The translations under genes and the position numbers were made by a program. Shown piece by piece: positions 53,429 through 64,000 of a DNA stretch of 64,000 nucleotides. The notes beneath the pieces were generated by a model. That model did no database searches, was not told the origin of the DNA, and saw only the letters and a list, made by a program, of their open reading frames with translations. Positions within the stretch are counted from its first letter, which is position 1; each line of letters starts with the position of its first letter. The stretch is from Acidimicrobiia bacterium (GTDB taxonomy: Bacteria > Actinomycetota > Acidimicrobiia > Spongiisociales > UBA5794): positions 23,989 to 87,988 of the forward strand of contig JALSQW010000018.1 in assembly GCA_026985095.1 (NCBI GenBank), given 5' to 3'.

Positions 53429-55177
53429 GTGCAATCCGTCCTCATCGCCAACCGTGGAGAGATCGCCGTCCGGGTGATCCGCGCCGCCCGCGACCTGGGC
53501 ATCCGGACGATCGCCATCTACTCGGAGCTCGACCGGGACGCGGTCCACGTCGAGCTCGCCGACGAGGCCTGGAACGTCGGGCCGGCGCCTGCCGCCGAGT
53601 CGTACCTCAACGTGGAACGGATCCTCGCGGTGGCAGCCGAGGCCGGCGCCGAGGCGATCCATCCCGGTTACGGGTTCCTCGCCGAGAGCGCCGACTTCGC
53701 CCGTGCGGTCATCGACGCCGGCATCATCTGGGTCGGCCCGCCTCCCGCCGCGATCGCCATGATGGGCGACAAGATCGCCTCACGCCGCGCCGCCGAAGCC
53801 GCCGGCGTCGCCGGTGTTCCCGGCACCGACGAACCGCTGACGTCGGTCGACGACGCCCGGGCCTTCGCCGCCGAACACGGGTACCCGATCGCCATCAAGG
53901 CCTCGGCGGGTGGCGGCGGCCGTGGCATGAAGGTCGTCACCGACGACGGCGACCTCGCCGCCGCCTTCGAGGCCGCCGGACGCGAGGCGCAGGCCTGGTT
54001 CGGCAACGCCGCGGTGTACCTGGAGAAGTACCTCGAGCGGCCCCGCCACATCGAGGCCCAGGTCATCTTCGACACCCACGGCAACGGCGTGTTCCTGGGC
54101 GAACGCGACTGCTCGCTGCAGCGGCGCCATCAGAAGCTCCTCGAAGAGACCCCGGCACCGGGGCTCGATGCCGACAGGCGAGCCGCCATCGGGGACGCCG
54201 CGTTGGCGGTCGCCCGAGCTGCGGCCTACGTCAGCGCGGGGACCGTCGAGTTCCTCATGGACCGCACCGGGGCCTTCTACTTCCTGGAGATGAACACCCG
54301 GATCCAGGTCGAGCACACGATCACCGAGGAAGCCACCAACGTCGACCTCGTCGTCGAACAGCTCCGGGTCGCCGACGGCCTCGAACTGTCGATCGATCAG
54401 GCACCCGTCCCGGTAGGCCACGCCATCGAGTTCCGCATCAACGCCGAGGACCCCACCCGCGAGTTCCTGCCCAACCCCGGACCGCTCGTCGCCTACCGGG
54501 AACCCGCCGGACCCGGCGTCCGTGTCGACTCGGGCGTGAAGCAAGGCGGGGTGATCTCCCAGTACTACGACAACCTGATCGCCAAGCTCATCGTCCGCGG
54601 ACGTGACCGTGACGAAGCGATCCGCCGAGGCCGGAGGGCCTTGGAGGAGTTCGTCGTGTCCGGCGTCCAGACGACCATCCCCGCCCACCTCGAGATCCTC
54701 CGCAACGACGACTTCCTCGCCGGCCGGGTCGATACCCGGCTCATCGAGGACCGCATGGATTTCCGAGCGCTGGAACGGCCCACCTCGCCGACGCTCCCCG
54801 AAGAAGAGGAGCTCTCCGAGCGGACGATCACCGTCGAGGTCGGCGGCAAGCGCTTCGAGGTCCGCTACTGGTCCCAGGTCCTCGGGACACCCCAAGGCCC
54901 GCGCCGGGCCGCGCCGCGGCGACGGCCTCCCAAACGGGCCAAGGGCGGCCCTGCGGGCGGCGGCGAAGGGGTGGTCACCGCCCCGATGCAAGGCACCATC
55001 GTCAAGGTCCACCACAAGGCAGGGGACACCGTCGCCGCCGGCGAGCCGGTGTGCGTCCTCGAAGCCATGAAGATGGAGAACGAGATCGTCGCTCCCGTGT
55101 CCGGCGACATCGTCGACCTCCGCGTGCAGACCGGCGACACGGTCGCGTCGGGGTCCATCCTCATGGTCATCAAGTAG
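53429..55177 (+). CDS. Acyl-CoA carboxylase alpha subunit (biotin carboxylase + BCCP)
   Basis: IANRGEIA, HPGYGFLAE, GGGGRGM, EMNTRIQVEH and EAMKM. Confidence 0.96.
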   Translation: MQSVLIANRGEIAVRVIRAARDLGIRTIAIYSELDRDAVHVELADEAWNVGPAPAAESYLNVERILAVAAEAGAEAIHPGYGFLAESADFARAVIDAGIIWVGPPPAAIAMMGDKIASRRAAEAAGVAGVPGTDEPLTSVDDARAFAAEHGYPIAIKASAGGGGRGMKVVTDDGDLAAAFEAAGREAQAWFGNAAVYLEKYLERPRHIEAQVIFDTHGNGVFLGERDCSLQRRHQKLLEETPAPGLDADRRAAIGDAALAVARAAAYVSAGTVEFLMDRTGAFYFLEMNTRIQVEHTITEEATNVDLVVEQLRVADGLELSIDQAPVPVGHAIEFRINAEDPTREFLPNPGPLVAYREPAGPGVRVDSGVKQGGVISQYYDNLIAKLIVRGRDRDEAIRRGRRALEEFVVSGVQTTIPAHLEILRNDDFLAGRVDTRLIEDRMDFRALERPTSPTLPEEEELSERTITVEVGGKRFEVRYWSQVLGTPQGPRRAAPRRRPPKRAKGGPAGGGEGVVTAPMQGTIVKVHHKAGDTVAAGEPVCVLEAMKMENEIVAPVSGDIVDLRVQTGDTVASGSILMVIK

Positions 55178-55183
55178 CGACCG

Positions 55184-56592
55184 CTACTCGGCGGCCTCCG
55201 AGATGCTCTCCACCAACGAGGGATGGACGAGCAGCGTCTCGGCGAGGATCTCCACCCGCAGCCGGGCGCGGACGGCCAGGGCGATCGGAGCGATCAACTC
55301 CGAGGCGTGGTGGCCGACCACCGTACCGCCCAGGACGATCCGGGTCGCCGGGTCGGACACGACCTTGACGAACCCGGCGGGGTTCCCCTGGATCAACGCC
55401 CGCGGGTTCGCCGCGAACGGGACCTTCGTGATCCGCACCTTCCGGCCTTCGGCGGCCGCATCGACCTCCTCGAGCCCGACGCTGGCGATCTCGGGCTCCG
55501 TGAAGATCGCTTGGGACACCTTGCGGTACTCGAGGGGCCGGACGCTGCGACCCATGACATGGCGAGCGACCTTGCGGCCCTGCATCGTGGCCACCGACGA
55601 CAGAGGAAGCTGACCGGTGACGTCACCCGCCGCGTAGATGTGCGGGACCGACGTGCGCTGGTACTCGTCGACGATCACGAACCCGCGGGACGTCTCGATC
55701 CCCAGCTCGTCGAGCCCGAGCGCTTCGCTGTTGGGCACCGAACCGACGGCGAGCAGCACATGGCTCCCCTCGAGGTGCCGACCGTCCGCGGTCTCCACGA
55801 GCACGCCGTCGGCGGTTCGGGTCACCGCGGACGCCCGGGATCCCTTCACCAACTCCACCCCTCGGCCCAAGAACACGTCCTCGAGGACGACCGCCACTTC
55901 CGGGTCGCGGTGCGGCAAGACGTGATGACGGGACACCAACAGCGTCACGTCCGAACCCAACGACGAGAAGATGTGGACCATCTCGACGCCCGTGACCCCC
56001 GACCCGATCACGATCAGCTTCTCGGGAAGCTCCTCCAGGTCGTAGGCGTGGCGGGTCGTGAGCACTCGCTCACCATCCACCGGCGCCCAATCGGGGATCC
56101 GGGGACGCGAGCCGGTAGAGATGAGGGCATGGTCGAAGGTCACCTCCATCTCCGACCCGTCGGGCCGAGCCACGACGGCCGTGTGCGGACCGGTGAAGCG
56201 CCCCCGACCCTCGACGATCTCCACCTCCTGGGATTCGAGCATGTCGCGCAGCGAGGCCGCCAGCGCCGTCGTGATCCCGTCGAGGTGGGCGCACAGACGC
56301 GCCATGTCGAGACGGACCGCACCGGGGTCGGAGATCCCGAGCGCCGACGCGTTCCGGATCGCCGACATCCGCATCGAACTGGCCACCATCGCCTTGGATG
56401 GGATGCAATCCAGCAGATGAGCCGCTCCCCCGACGATGCGATCCTCGACGAGGGTCACCGACGCACCGAGGGTCGCCGCGACCGTCGCCGCAGCATGCCC
56501 GGCCGGGCCGCCCCCGACGACGAGCAAGGTCGGTGGATGTGGCTCTGGGTTCACGGTGTCTCCTCGCGATGAACGGACGGGTTCGTGGGCGG

Positions 56593-56596
<4 letters not shown>
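55184..56596 (-). CDS. Flavoprotein disulfide reductase family, LpdA(Rv3303c)-like NAD(P)H:quinone reductase
   Basis: [19 protein letters not shown] (one Cys only), GSGVTG and YAAGD; the start may be slightly downstream. Confidence 0.85.
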
Positions 56597-58149
<1,553 letters not shown>

Positions 58150-58254
58150 TGACGGGTCCTTACTCGAACCGGTTCCTAAGCTTTCGCGAGCCGATGCTAC
58201 CCGTGGTGGAACCGGGCACCGCTCTGGCACGTTCCCTTCTGCGAGGACCCGCAC

Positions 58255-60759
58255 ATGGAACCCAACATCCACGAGATCCACCGTCGGGACCGCCGTGGAC
58301 GACGGCTCCCAGCCTTCGCCGCGCTCGGCGTCCTCGTCGTCGTCGGAGCCACCTGGCTCGGGTTGTTCGAGTTCCTCGGCACCAACGCGGCCTACGGGAC
58401 CGTGCAGGAGCTCGAAGACCGGTACATCTGCGACGTGTCCCGCTTCGATCTGTCCCTCCCCGACCTGTCGACGCTCTCGGAGGTCACCACCGCCGACGGG
58501 GTGCTGCTGGGCGAACTCACCGAACGCAACTCTCGGCCGATCCCCCTCGAGGAGATCCCCGACGTCGTGATCGCCGCCGCGCTGTCCTCCGAAGACAAGG
58601 ACTTCTACGAGCACGAAGGCATCAACTACCGGGCGATCTTCCGGGCCGCCCTCGAGAACGCGGGCGGCCAGAGCGTCCAAGGTGGCTCCACCATCACCCA
58701 GCAGGTCGTCAAGCAGAACTTCCTGACGCCGGACCGGACGATCGAGCGGAAGATCTGCGAGGCGGTCGTCGCCGCCGAGCTGGAACGGCACTACACCAAG
58801 GACCAGATCCTCGAGTTCTACCTCAACTCGGTGTTCTTCGGCGCCAACGCCTACGGGGTCGAGGCGGGAGCCAGGGAGTACTTCGGCAAGGACGTCGACG
58901 AGCTCACCATCGCCGAAGCCGCCGCCTTGATGGCACCCATCCGCAACCCCACCTTCTATCACCCGCGTCTCCGCCCCGACAACGTCCTCAAGGCCCGCAA
59001 CGACGTGATCGACCGCATGGCCCGCAACGGCTACATCACCGTCGCCCAAGCGACCGAGGCGAAGGCGGAGCCCCTGGGGGTCATCCCCCATCAGGAGTTC
59101 GAGGACCTCGCACCCCAGGTCATGATCGCCGTTCGCCAGGAACTGCTCCGCAACCCCGACTACGGCCTGGGCGAGACCTACCTGGAACGCAAGCGGGCGA
59201 TCTTCGGCTGTCCGGCCGCCGACACCACGTGCACCGGAGGAGGCGGCCTCCGGATCGACGTCACGGTCGACTATGGCCTGCAGCAGGAGGCGAACCGAAT
59301 CCTGCGGGCGTGGTTCCGGCCGGGGGCCGAGGGTCCGACCGGCGCCATCGCCACCGTCGACAACCGCACCGGGGCCATCAAGGTGATGGCGTCGGGCCTC
59401 GACTACGGCAACGACATCGAAGCCGGCCAGCGACCCTACGACCTGGCCACCCAGGGAGCCCGCCAGCCCGGCTCGTCCTTCAAACCGTTCACGCTGGCGG
59501 CTGCCCTCGAGTACGGCACCACCGACGGTCAGCCCGTGACCCTCGGCAGCTACTGGGACCAGTCGAGCCCGGCCGAGATCGACTGCGGGTTCCCATGCAC
59601 GTCCAACGGCAACATCTGGACGGTCTCCAACGCCGGCGGCAAGACCGCCAAGAGCCTGCGGACCCTCGAATCGGCGACCTACAACTCGGTGAACACCGTC
59701 TACGCGCGTCTGGTGGCCAGGATCGGCCCGGACAAGGTCGTCGAGATGGCGCACCGTCTCGGCATCGACTCGCCGCTGAAGCCGTATCCGTCGATCACGC
59801 TGGGCTCGTTCGGTGTCAGTCCCCTCGAGATGGCTTCGGCGTACTCGACGTTCGCGAACTTCGGTGTCCGACGTGAGCCGTACCTGATCGAGCGGATCAC
59901 CGCGGCAGACGGGACCGTCATCTACCAACACGCCCCGACCGAGCGACGGGTCCTGTCGGATTCGATCTCTGCGGCGGTCGTGGGCGCCATGAAGAAGGTC
60001 GTCACCAACGGCACCGGTCGTCGGGCGAACATCGACCGGCCCCAGGCCGGCAAGACCGGGACCGCCACCGACTACCGCGACGTGTGGTTCGTCGGGTTCA
60101 TCCCGCAGTACTCGACCGCCGTGTGGGTCGGATACGCCGACAAGCAGGTCCCCATGCGCGACTTCACCGTCTGGAACGACCTCGAAGGCAAGGAGCAGTT
60201 CTACCGCCGGGCCTTCGGAGGTTCGCTCGCGGCTCCGATCTGGAAGCAGTTCATGCTGGAGTTGACCGACGGCCTCCCGGTCGAGGACTTCCCGCCGGAT
60301 CCGCCAGGGACCGCCGTCTACCGGCAGACCCCCTTCACCCAGGTGCCCGATCTCGTCGACCTCGGCTCCGTCGACGAGGCCATCGACGCCCTCCTGGCCG
60401 TCGGTCTCGAACCGTCGGTCGTCGAGGTCGCCTCGAACGAGCCTGCCGGGACCCTCGTCGGTCAGGATCCCCTCCCGGGAACCCGCATCCGCCAGGGCAC
60501 GGTCGTCACGGTCGAGATCTCCAACGGCCAACCCCCGACCGCCCCGCTGCTCGATCTGGTCGGGACCCCCCTGTCCGTGGTCGGCGCCCGCCTCGATGCC
60601 TTCACCGCCGAGACCGGCATCGATCTCGACTGGACCGCCCAGGAAGTGGCCACCGCCGAACCGTCCAAGTGGGGCACCGTCGTGGCGACGGATCCCGGCG
60701 CCGGGACGGTCGTGGCCTCCGGCGACCGTATCACGGTGTTCGTCGGCGTCCGTCCTTGA
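58255..60759 (+). CDS. Class A penicillin-binding protein with PASTA domains
   Basis: [19 protein letters not shown] (transglycosylase); SSFK, SVN, KTG (transpeptidase); two PASTA-like repeats. Confidence 0.95.
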   Translation: MEPNIHEIHRRDRRGRRLPAFAALGVLVVVGATWLGLFEFLGTNAAYGTVQELEDRYICDVSRFDLSLPDLSTLSEVTTADGVLLGELTERNSRPIPLEEIPDVVIAAALSSEDKDFYEHEGINYRAIFRAALENAGGQSVQGGSTITQQVVKQNFLTPDRTIERKICEAVVAAELERHYTKDQILEFYLNSVFFGANAYGVEAGAREYFGKDVDELTIAEAAALMAPIRNPTFYHPRLRPDNVLKARNDVIDRMARNGYITVAQATEAKAEPLGVIPHQEFEDLAPQVMIAVRQELLRNPDYGLGETYLERKRAIFGCPAADTTCTGGGGLRIDVTVDYGLQQEANRILRAWFRPGAEGPTGAIATVDNRTGAIKVMASGLDYGNDIEAGQRPYDLATQGARQPGSSFKPFTLAAALEYGTTDGQPVTLGSYWDQSSPAEIDCGFPCTSNGNIWTVSNAGGKTAKSLRTLESATYNSVNTVYARLVARIGPDKVVEMAHRLGIDSPLKPYPSITLGSFGVSPLEMASAYSTFANFGVRREPYLIERITAADGTVIYQHAPTERRVLSDSISAAVVGAMKKVVTNGTGRRANIDRPQAGKTGTATDYRDVWFVGFIPQYSTAVWVGYADKQVPMRDFTVWNDLEGKEQFYRRAFGGSLAAPIWKQFMLELTDGLPVEDFPPDPPGTAVYRQTPFTQVPDLVDLGSVDEAIDALLAVGLEPSVVEVASNEPAGTLVGQDPLPGTRIRQGTVVTVEISNGQPPTAPLLDLVGTPLSVVGARLDAFTAETGIDLDWTAQEVATAEPSKWGTVVATDPGAGTVVASGDRITVFVGVRP

Positions 60760-60830
60760 GGATCGGCGACCGGGGAGGCGCTCCGGACGCGGGACGGTCT
60801 CCCCTCCCGGCCTGGCCCTAACCTGACCCG

Positions 60831-62624
60831 ATGCCTGCCTCCTCGTCGCCGCTGCGCCGCCTGTGGCGCTACGCAAGCCCCTACCGGAGCCGCGTGATCG
60901 GGGCGACCGTCTGGTCGGTGCTCAACAAGGCGATGGACATCGCCCCGCCGTTCCTGATCGGCATCGCCATCGACGTCGTCGTCCGACGCGAAGGGTCGTT
61001 CCTGGCTGGATCCGGCATCTCCGAGCCGCGTCTGCAGCTTCTCGCACTCGCCGGACTGACGTTGGCCGTATGGGCCCTCGAGTCGCTCTTCGAGTACCTC
61101 GCCAAGGTGACGTGGCGGAACCTCGCCCAGACCATCCAGCACGAGATGCGGGTCGACACCTACGCCAAGCTCCAGGAGCTCGACGTCGAGTTCTTCGAAC
61201 GTCGAACCACCGGGGACCTGATCGCCGTCCTCAACGACGACGTGAACCAGCTCGAGCGCTTCTTGGACGTCGGTGCGGACGAGGTGATCCAGATGGCGAC
61301 CACGGTCGTGCTCATCGGTGCTGCCTTCTTCGCCATCGCTCCGGGGGTCGCGTGGCTCGCGTTCCTCCCCATCCCACTCATCGCCTGGGGGTCGGTCCGG
61401 TTCCAACGCACGATCGAGCCTCGCTATGCAGCCGTCCGTGAGGAGGCCGCCTCCATCGCGACGTTGCTGTCGACCAACCTCGGAGGGATCGCCACCATCA
61501 AGGCGTTCACCGCCGAGGCGCGGGAGGTCGACCGGATCGCCGCCGCCTCCGATGCCTACCGTCGGGCCAACCGATCGGCGATCACCCTGTCGTCGGCGTT
61601 CTCACCGCTCATCCGGATCGCGATCCTCGTCGGGTTCACCGCCACCTTGGTGTGGGGCGGGTTCCTGGCCCTCGACGGGCAACTCAACGTCGGGTTGTAC
61701 TCGGTGATGGTGTTCCTCACCCAGCGGCTCCTGTGGCCCTTGACTCGGCTGGGTGAGACCTTCGACCTGTACCAGCGGGCGATGGCGTCGACCCGGCGCA
61801 TCCTCGACATCGTCGACACCACCGTCGACCTTCCCGACGGGGAGCTCCCGCTCACCCGAGCCGACGCGAGGTCCCCGATCCGTTTCGAGCACGTGTCGTT
61901 CGCCTACGTCCCCGGCCATCAGGTACTCGACGACCTCGACCTGACGGTGGAGCCCGGGTCGACCACCGCGTTCGTCGGGCCCACCGGATCGGGCAAGACG
62001 ACCATCGTCAAGCTGCTGCTCCGCTTCTACGACCCCGATGGCGGGGCGATCACGCTGGCGGGGACCGACCTGCGCAGGATGCGACGTGGCGACCTCCGCC
62101 GCCAGCTCGCCCTCGTCGGCCAGGACGTCTACCTGTTCGACGGCACCGTCCGCGAGAACATCGCCTACGGCGTTCCGGACGCTCCCGAGCGCGACATCGA
62201 GGGCGCAGCGAGGGCGGCGGAGGCCCACGGCTTCGTCATGGAGCTTCCCGACGGCTACGACACGGTCGTCGGCGAACGCGGACAGAAGCTGTCCGGAGGC
62301 CAGCGCCAACGCCTCTCGATCGCCCGGGCGCTGTTGACCGATGCCCCGATCATCATCCTCGACGAGGCCACCTCGGCGGTGGACAATGAGACGGAGGCCG
62401 CGATCCAGCGGTCCCTCCGAGCCGTTGCCCATCACCGGACGATGATCGTCATCGCCCATCGCCTGTCGACGATCCGCCATGCCGACGCCATCCACGTGCT
62501 CGTCGGAGGACGGATCGTCGAGTCGGGCCGCCATGAGGAGCTCGTCGCGGCTGGCGGCGCCTATGCCCAGTTGTGGCGGGTCCAGACCGGCCAGAACGCG
62601 TCCACCGATCCGGGACGGGGCTGA
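60831..62624 (+). CDS. ABC transporter, fused TMD-NBD (MsbA-like)
   Basis: [23 protein letters not shown] and AHRLST with an N-terminal TM domain. Confidence 0.95.
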   Translation: MPASSSPLRRLWRYASPYRSRVIGATVWSVLNKAMDIAPPFLIGIAIDVVVRREGSFLAGSGISEPRLQLLALAGLTLAVWALESLFEYLAKVTWRNLAQTIQHEMRVDTYAKLQELDVEFFERRTTGDLIAVLNDDVNQLERFLDVGADEVIQMATTVVLIGAAFFAIAPGVAWLAFLPIPLIAWGSVRFQRTIEPRYAAVREEAASIATLLSTNLGGIATIKAFTAEAREVDRIAAASDAYRRANRSAITLSSAFSPLIRIAILVGFTATLVWGGFLALDGQLNVGLYSVMVFLTQRLLWPLTRLGETFDLYQRAMASTRRILDIVDTTVDLPDGELPLTRADARSPIRFEHVSFAYVPGHQVLDDLDLTVEPGSTTAFVGPTGSGKTTIVKLLLRFYDPDGGAITLAGTDLRRMRRGDLRRQLALVGQDVYLFDGTVRENIAYGVPDAPERDIEGAARAAEAHGFVMELPDGYDTVVGERGQKLSGGQRQRLSIARALLTDAPIIILDEATSAVDNETEAAIQRSLRAVAHHRTMIVIAHRLSTIRHADAIHVLVGGRIVESGRHEELVAAGGAYAQLWRVQTGQNASTDPGRG

Positions 62625-62705
62625 AGCCGCCCGCTCTCGGCACCGCAGCGCAGGGCCCGCGACGACCATCCCAAGCGATTCTTTCGCGACCTCAACCGAT
62701 GCTAC

Positions 62706-62733
62706 TTGACTTCATCTGATGGTTATCGATACT
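62706..62733 (+). promoter_or_regulatory. Putative sigma70-type promoter for a leaderless transcript
   Basis: TTGACT-16 nt-GATACT-6 nt-ATG(62740) in a locally AT-rich patch. Confidence 0.45.
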
Positions 62734-62739
62734 CGAACC

Positions 62740-63228
62740 ATGACCACCAAGCAGATCTCGGCGGCACCCGGAACCCACGACGTCGATGCTCGTCCTCCCA
62801 TCGTCTCGCGGGAACCCGCCTCTCCTCCGGGTGCCGCCGCAGAGCTCCCCTATCCGCTGGCTCGTCCCACCGTGATCCCCCGCCCGATGGTCCATCCTCG
62901 CGTGTTCGAGGACCACCTCGCCGCCTTGGGGTATCCGCTCGACCACCCGTACGTTCGACGGTTCTGGACCGCCACCATCGGCCCGGGAGCGGTCGCCGAC
63001 CTGCTGCGCCTCGCCGTCGCTGCCCGTCGCGGCCGCTCCCTGCCCCGCCCGATCCACCTCGCGGAGCTCGTGTACGAGGACCTCGTTCGACGGACACCCG
63101 AGGGTCTCGAGGTACGATCGACGGTCCCTCCCCTCTCCGCCGCTCAGGTCCAGCGACTCCATCCCGCGTTGCGCCGCGAGCACGCAACGATCCGCCTCGC
63201 CGGCCACCATCCCGGCGCCCGACGCTGA
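62740..63228 (+). CDS. Hypothetical protein
   Basis: Fills the gap, GC3-biased; core GYPLDHPYVRRFWTATIGPGAVADLLRL. Confidence 0.75.
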   Translation: MTTKQISAAPGTHDVDARPPIVSREPASPPGAAAELPYPLARPTVIPRPMVHPRVFEDHLAALGYPLDHPYVRRFWTATIGPGAVADLLRLAVAARRGRSLPRPIHLAELVYEDLVRRTPEGLEVRSTVPPLSAAQVQRLHPALRREHATIRLAGHHPGARR

Positions 63229-63258
63229 GCACCGAACGGGCACCGGTACCCTCGGGGC

Positions 63259-64000
63259 ATGGACGCCCTCTGCGATCCGGCGCTCGACGCTCTCGGCGGC
63301 GCCGACGCCATCTTGGTCTTCACCGGCGCCGGCATCAGCACCGGATCGGGGATCCCCGACTTCCGGGGGCCGAACGGCCTGTGGAAGCGGATCGACCCCG
63401 ACGACTTCGCCCTCGAGCGCCATCTGGACGATCCGGCGTTCCGCCGCTCGACCTGGCATCGCCATCTCCGGTCGCCCTTCCTCGGCGCCGTCCCCAACCC
63501 GGGCCATCACGCCGTGACCCGCCTCGTGACCTCCGGACGAGCGCTGGGGGTGGTCACCCAGAACGTCGACGGGCTCCACCGAGCCGCTGGGCTCGAGCCG
63601 GAGCTCCTGGTCGAGATCCACGGCGATGCCTCCCGCGTCGCGTGCGTCTCGTGCGGGGCACGAGAGCCGATCGACGACGTCGCCGCACGATGGGAAGCCG
63701 GCGAGGAGGACCCGGCCTGCCTGCGCTGCGGGGGGATCATGAAGCCCGATGTGGTCTTCTTCGGTGAGGCGCTCCCCCGGGAGGCGACCATCCGCGCTTG
63801 GGCGATGGCCGACCGCGCCGACGCCGTCCTCGTCGTCGGCTCGAGCCTGTCGGTCTATCCGGCGGCGTCGATCCCCCTCGAGATCGCCGGGCGCGGCGAC
63901 CCGATGGTCGTCGTCAATCGGGGGCCGACGGACCACGACCCGTTGGCGACCGTCCACCTCGACGGCGACGCCTCCGACCTCCTCCCCCGACTCGTCGATG
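63259..64000 (+). CDS. Sir2-family NAD-dependent deacylase (3' end runs off the window)
   Basis: Translated by hand: FTGAGISTGSGIPDFRG, TQNVDGLH, EIHG, CVSC/CLRC, KPDVVFFGE and GSSLSVYPAA. Confidence 0.95.
   Translation, partial: MDALCDPALDALGGADAILVFTGAGISTGSGIPDFRGPNGLWKRIDPDDFALERHLDDPAFRRSTWHRHLRSPFLGAVPNPGHHAVTRLVTSGRALGVVTQNVDGLHRAAGLEPELLVEIHGDASRVACVSCGAREPIDDVAARWEAGEEDPACLRCGGIMKPDVVFFGEALPREATIRAWAMADRADAVLVVGSSLSVYPAASIPLEIAGRGDPMVVVNRGPTDHDPLATVHLDGDASDLLPRLVD

Noticed and set aside
63259..64000. Sir2 gene as an anti-phage (Thoeris/DSR-type) effector
   Set aside because: It has the zinc-binding module and motifs of ordinary CobB-type deacylases, and no defence genes are adjacent within the window.

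Overview
A very GC-rich, almost fully coding stretch of core chromosome from an actinobacterium. Gene content and order, plus a retained RF2 frameshift, point to an early-branching lineage such as Acidimicrobiia (inference). It carries valS (truncated at the left edge), tig-clpP-clpX, six tRNAs, rdgB-rph-MBL hydrolase-Mec-like JAB protease, arcA, pfkA, tmRNA and smpB, ftsEX with an M23 peptidase, prfB (+1 programmed frameshift), secA, a HEAT-repeat/HD-GYP pair, hpf, a ComF-like gene, a second FtsH-like protease, ahcY-pgi/pmi-manB, surface glycosylation genes, cofD/cofE, biotin-dependent carboxylase and methylmalonyl-CoA mutase genes, a class A PBP, an ABC transporter and a sirtuin (truncated at the right edge). 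I saw no integrase, transposase, prophage or CRISPR-cas genes. The most interesting signals are non-coding. (1) A ~210-nt structured minus-strand element between arcA and pfkA has a 16-nt complement to the 16S rRNA 3' end, a 14-codon sORF, a long-range stem that occludes the SD and a terminal three-way junction. (2) A ~185-nt structured candidate RNA upstream of valS has five GGGGGA motifs. (3) Three dispersed arrays of a strictly 37-bp-periodic double-palindrome repeat all sit between convergent genes. All calls are by eye from motifs; no database searches were run.
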